IMG/VR virus record: IMGVR_UViG_3300045004_000084
DNA length: 64,000 bases
DNA from: a virus
Lineage: Duplodnaviria; Heunggongvirae; Uroviricota; Caudoviricetes
Reading direction: 5' to 3' (one strand)
Position numbers and translations under genes: made by a program. Of the stretch, positions 54,436 to 62,315 are shown in pieces; the first letter of the stretch is position 1, and every line of letters begins with the position of its first letter. Under the pieces are notes generated by a model. That model was not told the DNA's origin. It saw only the letters and a program-made list of their open reading frames with translations, and ran no database searches.

Positions 54436-54468
54436 GGAAAAAGAGCCCCGGGCAAAGAGCCGGGGCTC
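54436..54468 (-). terminator. Intrinsic terminator (minus strand) located only about 30 nt upstream of the 53902-54405 start codon
   Basis: gagccccgg-gcaaagag-ccggggctc forms a 9-bp stem. The minus-strand tail is TTTTTCC. Confidence 0.55.
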
Positions 54469-54811
54469 ATTGTGGGCCGCCGAGGGGTCGGCGCTCTCCG
54501 GATCCCCTACCCGGAGTCCGTCTCCCGCCTTGCGGGCAAGAGAGTCGGGGCGGAAACGAGTGCGTCCGCCGCCTCCACCTGCTGCGTCGGACGGCTTTCG
54601 CCAGGACGCAGGTTCCCGTCACAGCCGCAGTCGTCCTAACCGTAGCCATGACTCCTAACCGGTCGGCACTCACGACCAGCGCCGGGTTCTCACCTCGGCG
54701 ACCCACGAGGTTTAGTATCGCCGAACGAGGCCGAAGAGTCCAGCCCGTGATCAGAGTGCCCGCGTTCTAGAAGAAAGTGAATTCGTGCTGATGTGAGAAC
54801 GGAGCTTGGCA

Positions 54812-54839
54812 TTGACAGCGCTGGACGCTAGAATAATCA
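54812..54839 (+). promoter_or_regulatory. Sigma70-like element TTGACA - 16 bp - TAATCA on the plus strand (TAGAAT overlaps at a shorter spacing) in an AT-richer intergenic stretch
   Basis: attgacagcgctggacgctagaataatcag. Perfect -35 but a weak -10. No plus-strand gene follows. Confidence 0.3.
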
Positions 54840-54858
54840 GCGTCCACCACTCCTCCGC

Positions 54859-54912
54859 CCCACCAGGGTGCGTTCCCGGCGCACAACCTACCCTGGTGGG
54901 GCTTCTCTTTTT
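54859..54912 (+). terminator. Plus-strand intrinsic terminator-like structure (long imperfect hairpin plus a U tract)
   Basis: cccaccagggt-[gtgcgttcccggcgcac aaccta]-accctggtggg followed by GCTTCTCTTTTT. It overlaps the stop of the minus-strand SPFH gene. Confidence 0.45.
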
Positions 54913-55492
54913 ACACAGGCGCCGGACGCTGGATCGACGACCCGATCGCCGCCGGATCGGTCAACAGTCGGACGGTCGGACCCCGGAAGAAGTTGTTGAG
55001 CCTGAGCGAGACCACGTTGAGGCCGAACTGCCCGATCTCGTTGTTGACGGCAATCCGGATCCGATCCCGCACGGCTGCCCACTCGGCGCGGTCTTCGGGC
55101 ATGATCTGGTCCCAGCTCAGCCGGGCCATCTCCTCGGCGATCACCGATGCGGCGATCTCCTGAACGGTTTCGGTGTAGTGGCCCAACTTGAGGTACGCAG
55201 CCGACGCGTCGGTCACGACCACGCTGACGCTGGCACTGAACGTAAGAGCGGATCCGTCGCTGAGCATCACGTTCTGCAGGCTCAGCGTGTAGACATCAGG
55301 AACGGTCGATACCGTGCGGACGTCGCACAGCCAGGGGACGACGAGCTTTAGCCCCGGGCGAACCTGAAACCGGTACTTGCCGGCCACGAAGTACAGGCCG
55401 ACCTCCCACGCCCACACGACCCTGAAGGGTATCATGTGCCCGGCGATCTCGATCAGTTTCAGAATGAGATCGCTCACGGCAGTTACCCCCAT
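54911..55492 (-). CDS. SPFH/band-7 (stomatin/prohibitin/HflKC-like) domain protein (193 aa)
   Basis: 'LKLVVPWLCDVRTVSTVPDVYTLSLQNVMLSDGSALTFSASVSVVVTDASAAYLKLGHYTETVQEIAASVIAEEMARLSWDQI' follows the SPFH core pattern. Confidence 0.55.
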   Translation of the reverse strand: MGVTAVSDLILKLIEIAGHMIPFRVVWAWEVGLYFVAGKYRFQVRPGLKLVVPWLCDVRTVSTVPDVYTLSLQNVMLSDGSALTFSASVSVVVTDASAAYLKLGHYTETVQEIAASVIAEEMARLSWDQIMPEDRAEWAAVRDRIRIAVNNEIGQFGLNVVSLRLNNFFRGPTVRLLTDPAAIGSSIQRPAPV

Positions 55493-55495
55493 AGG

Positions 55496-56125
55496 CTAAC
55501 CGACCATCGAGGCTATCTCCGCCAGCAGTGAAGGCACGTCGAACGCACCCTCGGGGCTGATCTCTTTCTTCCGCTTGTTCCACGAGCGCGGCACCAGAAC
55601 GGCCAGCCCGCCCTCGGCCACGAACCGTTCGCAGTTGGTGTCGTTGTCGTCGACCAAGATCTTCGACGGAGACGCCAGCAAATGCTTGTCGACTCCAGTG
55701 AAGAAACGCCTGCTATAGTCGGGCAGGTGGGCCTCGACCCACCGCCGCTTGCCGTCGAAAATCCCGTCGTACGGCATCGGCGCAGTCAGCAGCCCGATCC
55801 TCTTGCTGGTGATCAGCCTCTCGACGCCTGCGAGTAGCTCGAACCCGTCGCGGCAGCGCTCGAGACTGGCCCAGAACCGGGTGTCCAGCGGCCTCCAGAA
55901 CTCAGGGTCGTTTACGCCGTCGAAGCTCATGGCGGTGACGAAATCCCAAGGCACCTCAGTCACCGGCATCGAAAACCCGTAATGGACAAAAGCCCCTTTG
56001 ACGAAGTTTGCCAGAACCCCGTCCATGTCGAACAGAACCGACCTCTTCACGACGGCCTCCGTAAGTTGTCGATGAGCATCAGCACCGAGCCCGCCACGAA
56101 CAGTAGCGAGCCGGCGATGTAACAC
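55496..56125 (-). CDS. HAD-superfamily 5'(3')-deoxyribonucleotidase-like phosphatase
   Basis: Motif I 'VLFDMDGVLANF' (DxDG). Motif IV region 'ILVDDND'. Size about 200 aa. Confidence 0.65.
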   Translation of the reverse strand: MLHRRLATVRGGLGADAHRQLTEAVVKRSVLFDMDGVLANFVKGAFVHYGFSMPVTEVPWDFVTAMSFDGVNDPEFWRPLDTRFWASLERCRDGFELLAGVERLITSKRIGLLTAPMPYDGIFDGKRRWVEAHLPDYSRRFFTGVDKHLLASPSKILVDDNDTNCERFVAEGGLAVLVPRSWNKRKKEISPEGAFDVPSLLAEIASMVG

Positions 56126-56144
56126 AGCAGAGCCGCGCGGACCA

Positions 56145-56504
56145 TCACTTCCTCCGGTACCGCACCACCGTGATCACCTCGCCAGGAGAGAAGCCGGGGT
56201 AGGCGGCTTCCATCTTCGACAGCAAGGCGTAGTAGCTGCGAGCTTCCGTGCAGGCGTTGGTAGCCACGTCTTTGGCGGTCACCTGGTCGAACGCCAGGAC
56301 TTCCACCGAAACGACCTCACCCTCGAACTCGAACTTCTGATCTGCGGGACACGTTCCCGAGTGGACCCGAATGGTATCCCCCGGACGCAGGTCCGCCCAC
56401 TTGGTGCCGCATCGAGCGGTCGTTACGACCGTATTCGGCGGCACATCGGGAACAAAGTGGTTGAACAGGTCCCGCTTCACCGGTCGTGGCTGTCGCCACC
56501 CCAC
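56145..56504 (-). CDS. Small protein (119 aa), possibly a PUA/ASCH-like beta-barrel. Unknown
   Basis: ORF with protein-like composition. Confidence 0.4.
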   Translation of the reverse strand: MGWRQPRPVKRDLFNHFVPDVPPNTVVTTARCGTKWADLRPGDTIRVHSGTCPADQKFEFEGEVVSVEVLAFDQVTAKDVATNACTEARSYYALLSKMEAAYPGFSPGEVITVVRYRRK

Positions 56505-56585
56505 TTCTTGTCCTGGTAGTCCCGTTCCTGCGACACCTCGGCCAGAACCTTCTCGCGACCAGTCATGACAACCTCGTGTTAGAGT

Positions 56586-57860
56586 TCAAACCCTTGCCCG
56601 GATCTTCATCGTCTTGAGGCCCTTTCCGTCCGGAGGCCACACGTCTTCCGCTGACAGGCGCCAGCGATGCGTGATGCCGTGCTTCGGATGGACGCCGAAC
56701 AGGAGCTGTCCGGGTGCGACGGCGTCACCGAACGAGTGAACGCCGAACTCCTGCGGGCCGATCAGCGGCGGATTGATAATGTACTCGCCGCCGGCGTTTT
56801 CGATAGAGCCGTGGACATGGAAATGCCCGAACAGCCAGTAATCGACGGGCCGGAAGTGTTTGGCAAGGACCGCCCCGAGCCGTGAAGTCATGCGGTTGAT
56901 TCCGTAGAACGGGATCGAGTTCCACGATTTGATGAAGTGCCCGTGGCCCTGGTAGAACAGCTTGCCCTCGAGCTCGTACATCACAGCCCAGGCGTCGGGA
57001 ACCTCTACCTGGACGTTCGGGCAGTCGGCCAGGAGGGCGGCGGCGTACTCGTACACCAGATAGTCCCAGCTACGAGTCGGATCTTTCGTCTGGACCTTTC
57101 GGGCGTCGCCCAGACGCCCGTGGTTGCCCGGAGTGCCGAACACATAGATCCGCTCGAAGTGGGCTGACAGGTCGCGTACCACAGACGCGAACACCTGACC
57201 GCACCGAAGGGCCGTCTGCATCACGTTGGGGCCGTCGGTGTGACGCTCGACTTCGTGAATCGTGCCGGAGACCATGTCGCCGTTGGCCGCGATCACCAGG
57301 TTCGGGAACCGGTAGCCGCCCGACTCCAGGCGGGTCTTGATGTCCACCGTGGCGTGAACGATTCGGGCCGACCGTCGGTCCATCACCTCGCGGTCGTACT
57401 CGTTGAGCCCGAAGACGTTCTCGGACCGAACGATTTCGTCGGCATGCCAGTCGGACAGATTGAGGACCATCGACTCGGTGACGGCGTTCTTGCCGGCGAC
57501 GATCGGTCTGTACTGGGGCGGCGGCTCGAGCCTGTTGACGGCTTCTGTTATGGCCCCCCGGACAACGTCACGAAAAGCCAGTTCCCGGACTGCGTCGATG
57601 TGTTCTCTGCGCTCGCGCTGGCGAGCGGCGCGCTCGCGTTCGGCGTCCACCGGGTCAGAAAGTTGTGAAGTTTCAGTTGATGCTGGGCTTGGAGTTGAAG
57701 TGGATTTGCTTTTCTGTCCGACCAGACCTAGTTCTCGGCGGCACTCAGTGATGAGCCAGTCCGAGACCTGCATTTTTGCTTTGATGCGGCCGTAGGTCCA
57801 ACCGGCCCGCAGGAGCTCCAGAACGCGCTCTCTCTTACCATCGCCGACAGACGTCGACAT
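56586..57860 (-). CDS. Calcineurin-like metallophosphoesterase (Mre11/SbcD-type nuclease family) with an N-terminal helix-turn-helix domain
   Basis: N-terminus 'RERVLELLRAGWTYGRIKAKMQVSDWLITECRRELGL' is HTH-like. Phosphoesterase motifs 'LSDWHADE', 'GNHG' and 'GHFHVHG'. An AAAGGAGGT RBS is present. Confidence 0.6.
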   Translation of the reverse strand: MSTSVGDGKRERVLELLRAGWTYGRIKAKMQVSDWLITECRRELGLVGQKSKSTSTPSPASTETSQLSDPVDAERERAARQRERREHIDAVRELAFRDVVRGAITEAVNRLEPPPQYRPIVAGKNAVTESMVLNLSDWHADEIVRSENVFGLNEYDREVMDRRSARIVHATVDIKTRLESGGYRFPNLVIAANGDMVSGTIHEVERHTDGPNVMQTALRCGQVFASVVRDLSAHFERIYVFGTPGNHGRLGDARKVQTKDPTRSWDYLVYEYAAALLADCPNVQVEVPDAWAVMYELEGKLFYQGHGHFIKSWNSIPFYGINRMTSRLGAVLAKHFRPVDYWLFGHFHVHGSIENAGGEYIINPPLIGPQEFGVHSFGDAVAPGQLLFGVHPKHGITHRWRLSAEDVWPPDGKGLKTMKIRARV

Positions 57861-57917
57861 TGGTTGACCTCCTTTCTTGGAGTTGAGCCGGGCATCCTGC
57901 CCCTAGCCGTTTCTACC

Positions 57918-58673
57918 CTAAAAGCGTTTCCACGACAACGCGAGTTCACGAACGACCGTGCCGGTTCTAGAATGTCGTCCGTGAACTCTTCTTGGGGGAT
58001 AGGTCAATGAAGACGAAGATTCAGAATCTGGGAGCCTTCGCCGTGTTCCGCTTCGAGGGACGTCGACCAGTTTTCCGCCGAACCACAGGATCGAGCTCGG
58101 CTTCACGCCCGGAAGCAAGTACGGACCGCCCTCCGGCTTCGCCATCACCAGTTCGATGAGCTCGTGCATCGGTCGCAGTAGGCGGTTGCTGACGAAACAC
58201 ACCGGATTGTCCTTGCGGTCGCTCGTGGTCTGCCACTTGCCCTTCTGCTTGGCCTCGTAGAACGGCAGCCAGCCGTGGAGTATGACCGTCTTACTGCTGG
58301 GCACCCAGACGGCGTGGACGCCGATGTCGGTGTCCTTGTCGTCCGCCCGGGCCATGTACTGGTAGAACCTTTCGGTCCGGGTGCGGACGACAATCCCGCC
58401 GCCGCTGATCTGCGGGGTCTTCCGGAAGTCGAGGCACACCACGTTGTAGTGTCGGCCGAGCAGCTTCGCCGTCTGCTGCGGCCCGAACACGCCGGCTTCG
58501 TGGTAGAGCAGCCCGGTCGTGTCGTTCTTGTCGTTCGGGTTGGGCACGAGCCCGTACGCGTCAAGGAGGTTGAGTTCTTTGGCCTGCTCCTGGCGCAGCT
58601 TGGCGAGCGCGCCGTAGACCACCATCTCGGCCTCGCTGACAGTCATGACGACGGGTTCGGGTTGCTGGTTCAC
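57918..58673 (-). CDS. Protein of unknown function (251 aa). The C-terminal about 45 residues (R/S-rich) may be read-through junk
   Basis: ORF with protein-like composition for about 200 aa. Confidence 0.4.
   Translation of the reverse strand: MNQQPEPVVMTVSEAEMVVYGALAKLRQEQAKELNLLDAYGLVPNPNDKNDTTGLLYHEAGVFGPQQTAKLLGRHYNVVCLDFRKTPQISGGGIVVRTRTERFYQYMARADDKDTDIGVHAVWVPSSKTVILHGWLPFYEAKQKGKWQTTSDRKDNPVCFVSNRLLRPMHELIELVMAKPEGGPYLLPGVKPSSILWFGGKLVDVPRSGTRRRLPDSESSSSLTYPPRRVHGRHSRTGTVVRELALSWKRF
57945..57990. promoter_or_regulatory. Operator-like 13-bp inverted repeat flanking a TTCTAGAA palindrome, about 85-130 nt upstream of the HTH-phosphoesterase gene
   Basis: GTTCACGAACGAC-cgtgccgg-TTCTAGAA-t-GTCGTCCGTGAAC. 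The arms are complementary with 1 mismatch. TTCACG-17-TAGAAT also reads as a promoter on the plus strand. Confidence 0.4.
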
Positions 58674-58687
58674 GGTTCGGACCTCAG

Positions 58688-58963
58688 TTAGGTGTCCGCG
58701 TCCTTGCGTTGTCGGTATCCGTCCACTTCGGGGAAGTGCTCGTCGAGGTACTTCACCAGGTCGTCCTTGAGACCGGCGTCCTCGATGAAGTGCAACAGCA
58801 CGTCGCGCTGGTACTCTGCGCTGTCCTTGTTGATCGACATCAAGTCGTACACGAACGGCTCGTTCGGGTGGTCGTCGAACTTGTCCATCTCGGCGGTCAT
58901 CGACAGGCTCCGAGCAGGAAACACAGGATCAGCAGGACGATAAACACGAACCACCAGTCCCAC
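58688..58963 (-). CDS. Small acidic protein (up to 91 aa; true start probably the internal MTAEMDKF...)
   Basis: ORF with protein-like composition. Confidence 0.35.
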   Translation of the reverse strand: MGLVVRVYRPADPVFPARSLSMTAEMDKFDDHPNEPFVYDLMSINKDSAEYQRDVLLHFIEDAGLKDDLVKYLDEHFPEVDGYRQRKDADT

Positions 58964-59006
58964 GGGTCGTAGGAGGGTGGCGTGCGCTAGGTCTCGTAGG
59001 AACGGG

Positions 59007-59285
59007 TCACGCGCCCTTGGAAGGATCTTCCATCTCGACGATACGAGGCCCCTTGACCTTGGCGTTGAAGGCGATCGGTGCGGTCAGTGGGTCGAAGGGA
59101 GGGACGGGAGTCGTGATAATCGACCACAGGTGCATCGCGTCCTGACGGCACTTCTCGAAGATGGATATCCTCTCGGTCACCGAGATGCTTTCGGGGCGCC
59201 CCATCTTCTGCATCAGGGCGTCGTACATCGAGACAGCGGCGAGGTTAATTTCCTCGACCGCTTTGAGCAGATCCGTCTCGGCCAT
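59007..59285 (-). CDS. Small protein (92 aa), unknown
   Basis: ORF with protein-like composition. Confidence 0.35.
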   Translation of the reverse strand: MAETDLLKAVEEINLAAVSMYDALMQKMGRPESISVTERISIFEKCRQDAMHLWSIITTPVPPFDPLTAPIAFNAKVKGPRIVEMEDPSKGA

Positions 59286-60171
59286 CGCAGGTCTCCTCGC
59301 ATGGGTCTTTCTCGTATGGCTGCCCCGAAGCCATCGAGTCGTAGAATCGACCGCAGTTCTTGAGAAAGCGGTCCCGGGACAGTAGTTTGGGTTCGTACTC
59401 GACGCCGAATATCTTGGCGATCTTCAGGTAGAAGTCAAGCCAGCAGATGTCGTCGAACTTCTGGGACAGCGTGTAGAGACACGCTTCGCGAAGTTCGTCG
59501 TCCTTCGTCACCTGCTTCGGCGGCAGTGGCTGCGTAAGAGACGCCCACGCCAGTCGCAACCGAAGCCAGATCCGTCGCCAGCACGACATCGCCTGGTACT
59601 GTTTCGTGTACGACGGCGGTTCCGTGACAGATTTTTCCTTGCGCTTCTTCTCACGGACCGCCGAGGCATCATCCCTACCCCGGACTATCATTCGGTCGAT
59701 GATGACGTCTCGGTACTTCTTCAGTAAGTCGAACGGCTCGAACAGTACGGTCACACTGTCGAGCACCAGGCCGTACCGCCGCACATACTCATCGGCCGTC
59801 GCCGCACTCGCTTCGTCGAGCGACAGAAAGAAGTCGCAGAACATCTTTGCCCCGGCCTCGACAACGTCGTCGGGCACGGACTTGAACTTGGCCTCCTCCC
59901 GATCTTCGTCGCTCATGCTGCTCATCGTGTCGACGCGGGCCTTCACCATCTTCAGTGTCGACGGGTCCCGAGTAATCTTGGGCGGCGGTTCTGGACTCGG
60001 CCCGTCCATGAGCCAGACGAACTCCATCCCCGGCTCCAGGTGCTCGTTGCGAAGGACATCGGCCGGCATCGAGACGCGGGGAAAGTGCATCTCGCCGGTC
60101 CGCACTTCCACAGTGGCGGTGTCTCCGGTGTACTCGAGCAACCTGCAGACGGCCGGTTGCGATTGGGCCAT
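59245..60171 (-). CDS. Protein of unknown function (308 aa)
   Basis: ORF with protein-like composition. Confidence 0.4.
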   Translation of the reverse strand: MAQSQPAVCRLLEYTGDTATVEVRTGEMHFPRVSMPADVLRNEHLEPGMEFVWLMDGPSPEPPPKITRDPSTLKMVKARVDTMSSMSDEDREEAKFKSVPDDVVEAGAKMFCDFFLSLDEASAATADEYVRRYGLVLDSVTVLFEPFDLLKKYRDVIIDRMIVRGRDDASAVREKKRKEKSVTEPPSYTKQYQAMSCWRRIWLRLRLAWASLTQPLPPKQVTKDDELREACLYTLSQKFDDICWLDFYLKIAKIFGVEYEPKLLSRDRFLKNCGRFYDSMASGQPYEKDPCEETCDGRDGSAQSGRGN

Positions 60172-60173
60172 GA

Positions 60174-60632
60174 CTACCTCTTCGGTAACACCGCGATCTG
60201 GATCGCGGTGGACTGTTCGGGGTGGCGGGTCAGGTACAGTTCGAGCGGGAGGTTGGGGCTGTGCTCACGGAGCACCTCCTCGCAGACGTGGCGCATCTCT
60301 AACAGCGTCTCGTCGGTCATGTTCGACGAGCCGATGTACTCCTGCAGGCGCTGCACGCACTTCGACTCGGCTTCGCGACACAGATTGTTTACGTCGACCA
60401 CAACAATGTCCTCCCATACCGATCCCGGGAACACCGCAAGAGGAAGCTCGACGCCGGCCGTCTCGCACAGCTCTCGCACCTCCGCCTTGAACGACGGGGG
60501 GAGCGAGTTGAACTGCTTGAGTCGCTCCTCAGGGAGCATCAGCCGGAGCATGGACGCCATAACAAGGGCGTTGTTCAGGTTCAGAGGAACCATGACGAAC
60601 AGTTCGGCGCGAGTGTAGAGTCCGTTAATCAT
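60174..60632 (-). CDS. Protein of unknown function (152 aa)
   Basis: ORF with protein-like composition. Tightly packed with its neighbours. Confidence 0.4.
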   Translation of the reverse strand: MINGLYTRAELFVMVPLNLNNALVMASMLRLMLPEERLKQFNSLPPSFKAEVRELCETAGVELPLAVFPGSVWEDIVVVDVNNLCREAESKCVQRLQEYIGSSNMTDETLLEMRHVCEEVLREHSPNLPLELYLTRHPEQSTAIQIAVLPKR

Positions 60633-60650
60633 CGTCGAAGTACTCCTCTT

Positions 60651-61169
60651 TCACTGGAAATCCACCCTTTCGATGCCGTTCATGTTGCCGATGACGCCGC
60701 CCATAGGCCGAGCTGGCTGGCCCGTCTTGGCCTCGCGCAGAAGCTGGTCCATGTCGTACCCGCAGCCGTACGCCACGACGACCTCCTGCGAGATGCCCGT
60801 GATGATGTCGTTCTCGTCCACGGTGATCGACACCCGCCACGGGCGCCAGTCGGCGTTGAAATCGCCGCGAGTGATGCGAATAGCGCTGGGCCGAACAGCG
60901 GCCAGCCAGCCCAACACCAGATCGGACAGCTTGAGACCCTTGAGCTCCGGAAGAACCTCGATGGAGGAGTACCCGCCGGACTGTATCTCTTTGAGAAGGT
61001 TGCGGGCCAGTTCACGGTTCTGGTCCGAGGTCTGGCCCCGGAAAGTTTTGATCCGGTCTTCCCCGGACAGATTCGCGCGCAGCTCGTTGAGCTCCGCCGC
61101 CTGACTGTCGACGGAAGGTAGACGCTCGTAGGCGTAGAACTCGAGCTTAGACGGCTGTTGGTCGCTCAT
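60651..61169 (-). CDS. Protein of unknown function (172 aa)
   Basis: ORF with protein-like composition. Confidence 0.4.
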   Translation of the reverse strand: MSDQQPSKLEFYAYERLPSVDSQAAELNELRANLSGEDRIKTFRGQTSDQNRELARNLLKEIQSGGYSSIEVLPELKGLKLSDLVLGWLAAVRPSAIRITRGDFNADWRPWRVSITVDENDIITGISQEVVVAYGCGYDMDQLLREAKTGQPARPMGGVIGNMNGIERVDFQ

Positions 61170-61399
61170 TCCCAGTTCTCGTTCGAGTAGCAGTCGACGA
61201 AGGTCTTGGCGACCTCCTCGCTGACGGTGAGGTTAACAGGCCGGTCACTGTCATCAAAGGTAATCGTCAATTCCCGGATCGTGGGCTTGCCGGGTACTTT
61301 CTTGCAGAACAAGAATCGGATGAAGGCGAACCGCACAACCATCGTTATGCCGTCCGCCGTGATCGTCGCCACTCTCGGCTTGCTCATTTCTGAACGCAC
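61166..61399 (-). CDS. Small protein (77 aa; possibly starts at the internal MSKPRV...)
   Basis: ORF overlapping its neighbours by 4 nt. Confidence 0.35.
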   Translation of the reverse strand: MRSEMSKPRVATITADGITMVVRFAFIRFLFCKKVPGKPTIRELTITFDDSDRPVNLTVSEEVAKTFVDCYSNENWE

Positions 61400-61590
61400 T
61401 CCCGGGCCGTTGTGAGAGCCTGGATGGCGAGGTCGAAGTCGGCTTTGTGCTTGAGGTCGACGAAAACCGCCGACACCTTCTCGGCGGTGATGCCACGGAT
61501 GGCCTCGGTGTCGTCTTGCCTTTCGATCTTCACCTTGCGAGACGTATCGACGTTGTTGCGCGACGTTTCCAGTGTGATAGTACCGCTCAT
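61384..61590 (-). CDS. Small protein (about 69 aa; MSGTITLETSRNN...)
   Basis: Track ORF 61384..61818 trimmed to the Met that abuts the stop of the PRTase gene (61593). The upstream part is Arg/Gly-rich junk. Confidence 0.35.
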   Translation of the reverse strand: MSGTITLETSRNNVDTSRKVKIERQDDTEAIRGITAEKVSAVFVDLKHKADFDLAIQALTTARECVQK

Positions 61591-61592
61591 GA

Positions 61593-62198
61593 TCAACCTT
61601 CCGGTGCGGGTTGGGGTTCTGGCTTCGGCTCTTCGAGGCCGAAGTCTTTGAGGGTGAACACGCTCGAGAAGCCGTACTTCAAGAGCTTCGGGGAGAGCTC
61701 GGTCGAGCGGTCGATCAGGGTGCAGACGTGGACGACGGTGTGGCCCTCGGCCTCCAGTGCCTCGACGGCCTTGAGTGCCGAGCCACCCGTAGTCGTCACG
61801 TCCTCGATCACCACGCACTTCGAGAACGGCTTGAGGTTGCCCTCGATCAACTTGCAGGTGCCGTGCGGCTTCGGCTGCTGGCGGACGTAGAACCCTTCGA
61901 TCTTCTTGGCGCGCTCGCGGTCGATCTGGTGGGCGTAGGCCAGAAACGCAGCGGTTAGCGGGACGGCGCCCACCTCCATCCCGCCGATCGCGTCGAACTC
62001 TTTGACGGGGTAGAACAGAGTCCGCCAGAAAGCGTGGCCGATGCCGAACATGGCACTGCCGGTAAACAGCTTGCGGACGTCGATGTAGAAGTTCGACATC
62101 GCTCCGCTCGCCAGAATGAAATTGCCCCGCTGAATGCAGCGCTCGTCGATCAGGTCCCGCAGGATAGCCATGTGACCGGTCATCATGGTGTCAGTCAT
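61593..62198 (-). CDS. Type I phosphoribosyltransferase, orotate phosphoribosyltransferase-like
   Basis: PRPP-binding motif 'CVVIEDVTTTGGSALKAV'. N-terminal 'GNFILASGAMSNFYIDVRKL' is typical of OPRTases. Size 201 aa. Confidence 0.6.
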   Translation of the reverse strand: MTDTMMTGHMAILRDLIDERCIQRGNFILASGAMSNFYIDVRKLFTGSAMFGIGHAFWRTLFYPVKEFDAIGGMEVGAVPLTAAFLAYAHQIDRERAKKIEGFYVRQQPKPHGTCKLIEGNLKPFSKCVVIEDVTTTGGSALKAVEALEAEGHTVVHVCTLIDRSTELSPKLLKYGFSSVFTLKDFGLEEPKPEPQPAPEG

Positions 62199-62315
62199 TG
62201 CGGTGTGTCGCTTTCGTTGGAGGGTTTGGTCTCGTGCGTCCTCTCGGTCAGTCGATCTGCGGCGTCTTTAGCATGGTTATCCCGGCGCGGGGACTTGTCC
62301 AGCCGGTTTTCGTAC

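Noticed and set aside
58003-58179. 58-codon plus-strand ORF preceded by a TTCACG-17-TAGAAT promoter-like element and a GGGGGA RBS
   Set aside because: Its translation is Arg/Pro/Ala/Ser-rich junk and it is antisense to the 57918-58673 gene. The promoter-like element is better explained as part of the operator-like inverted repeat.
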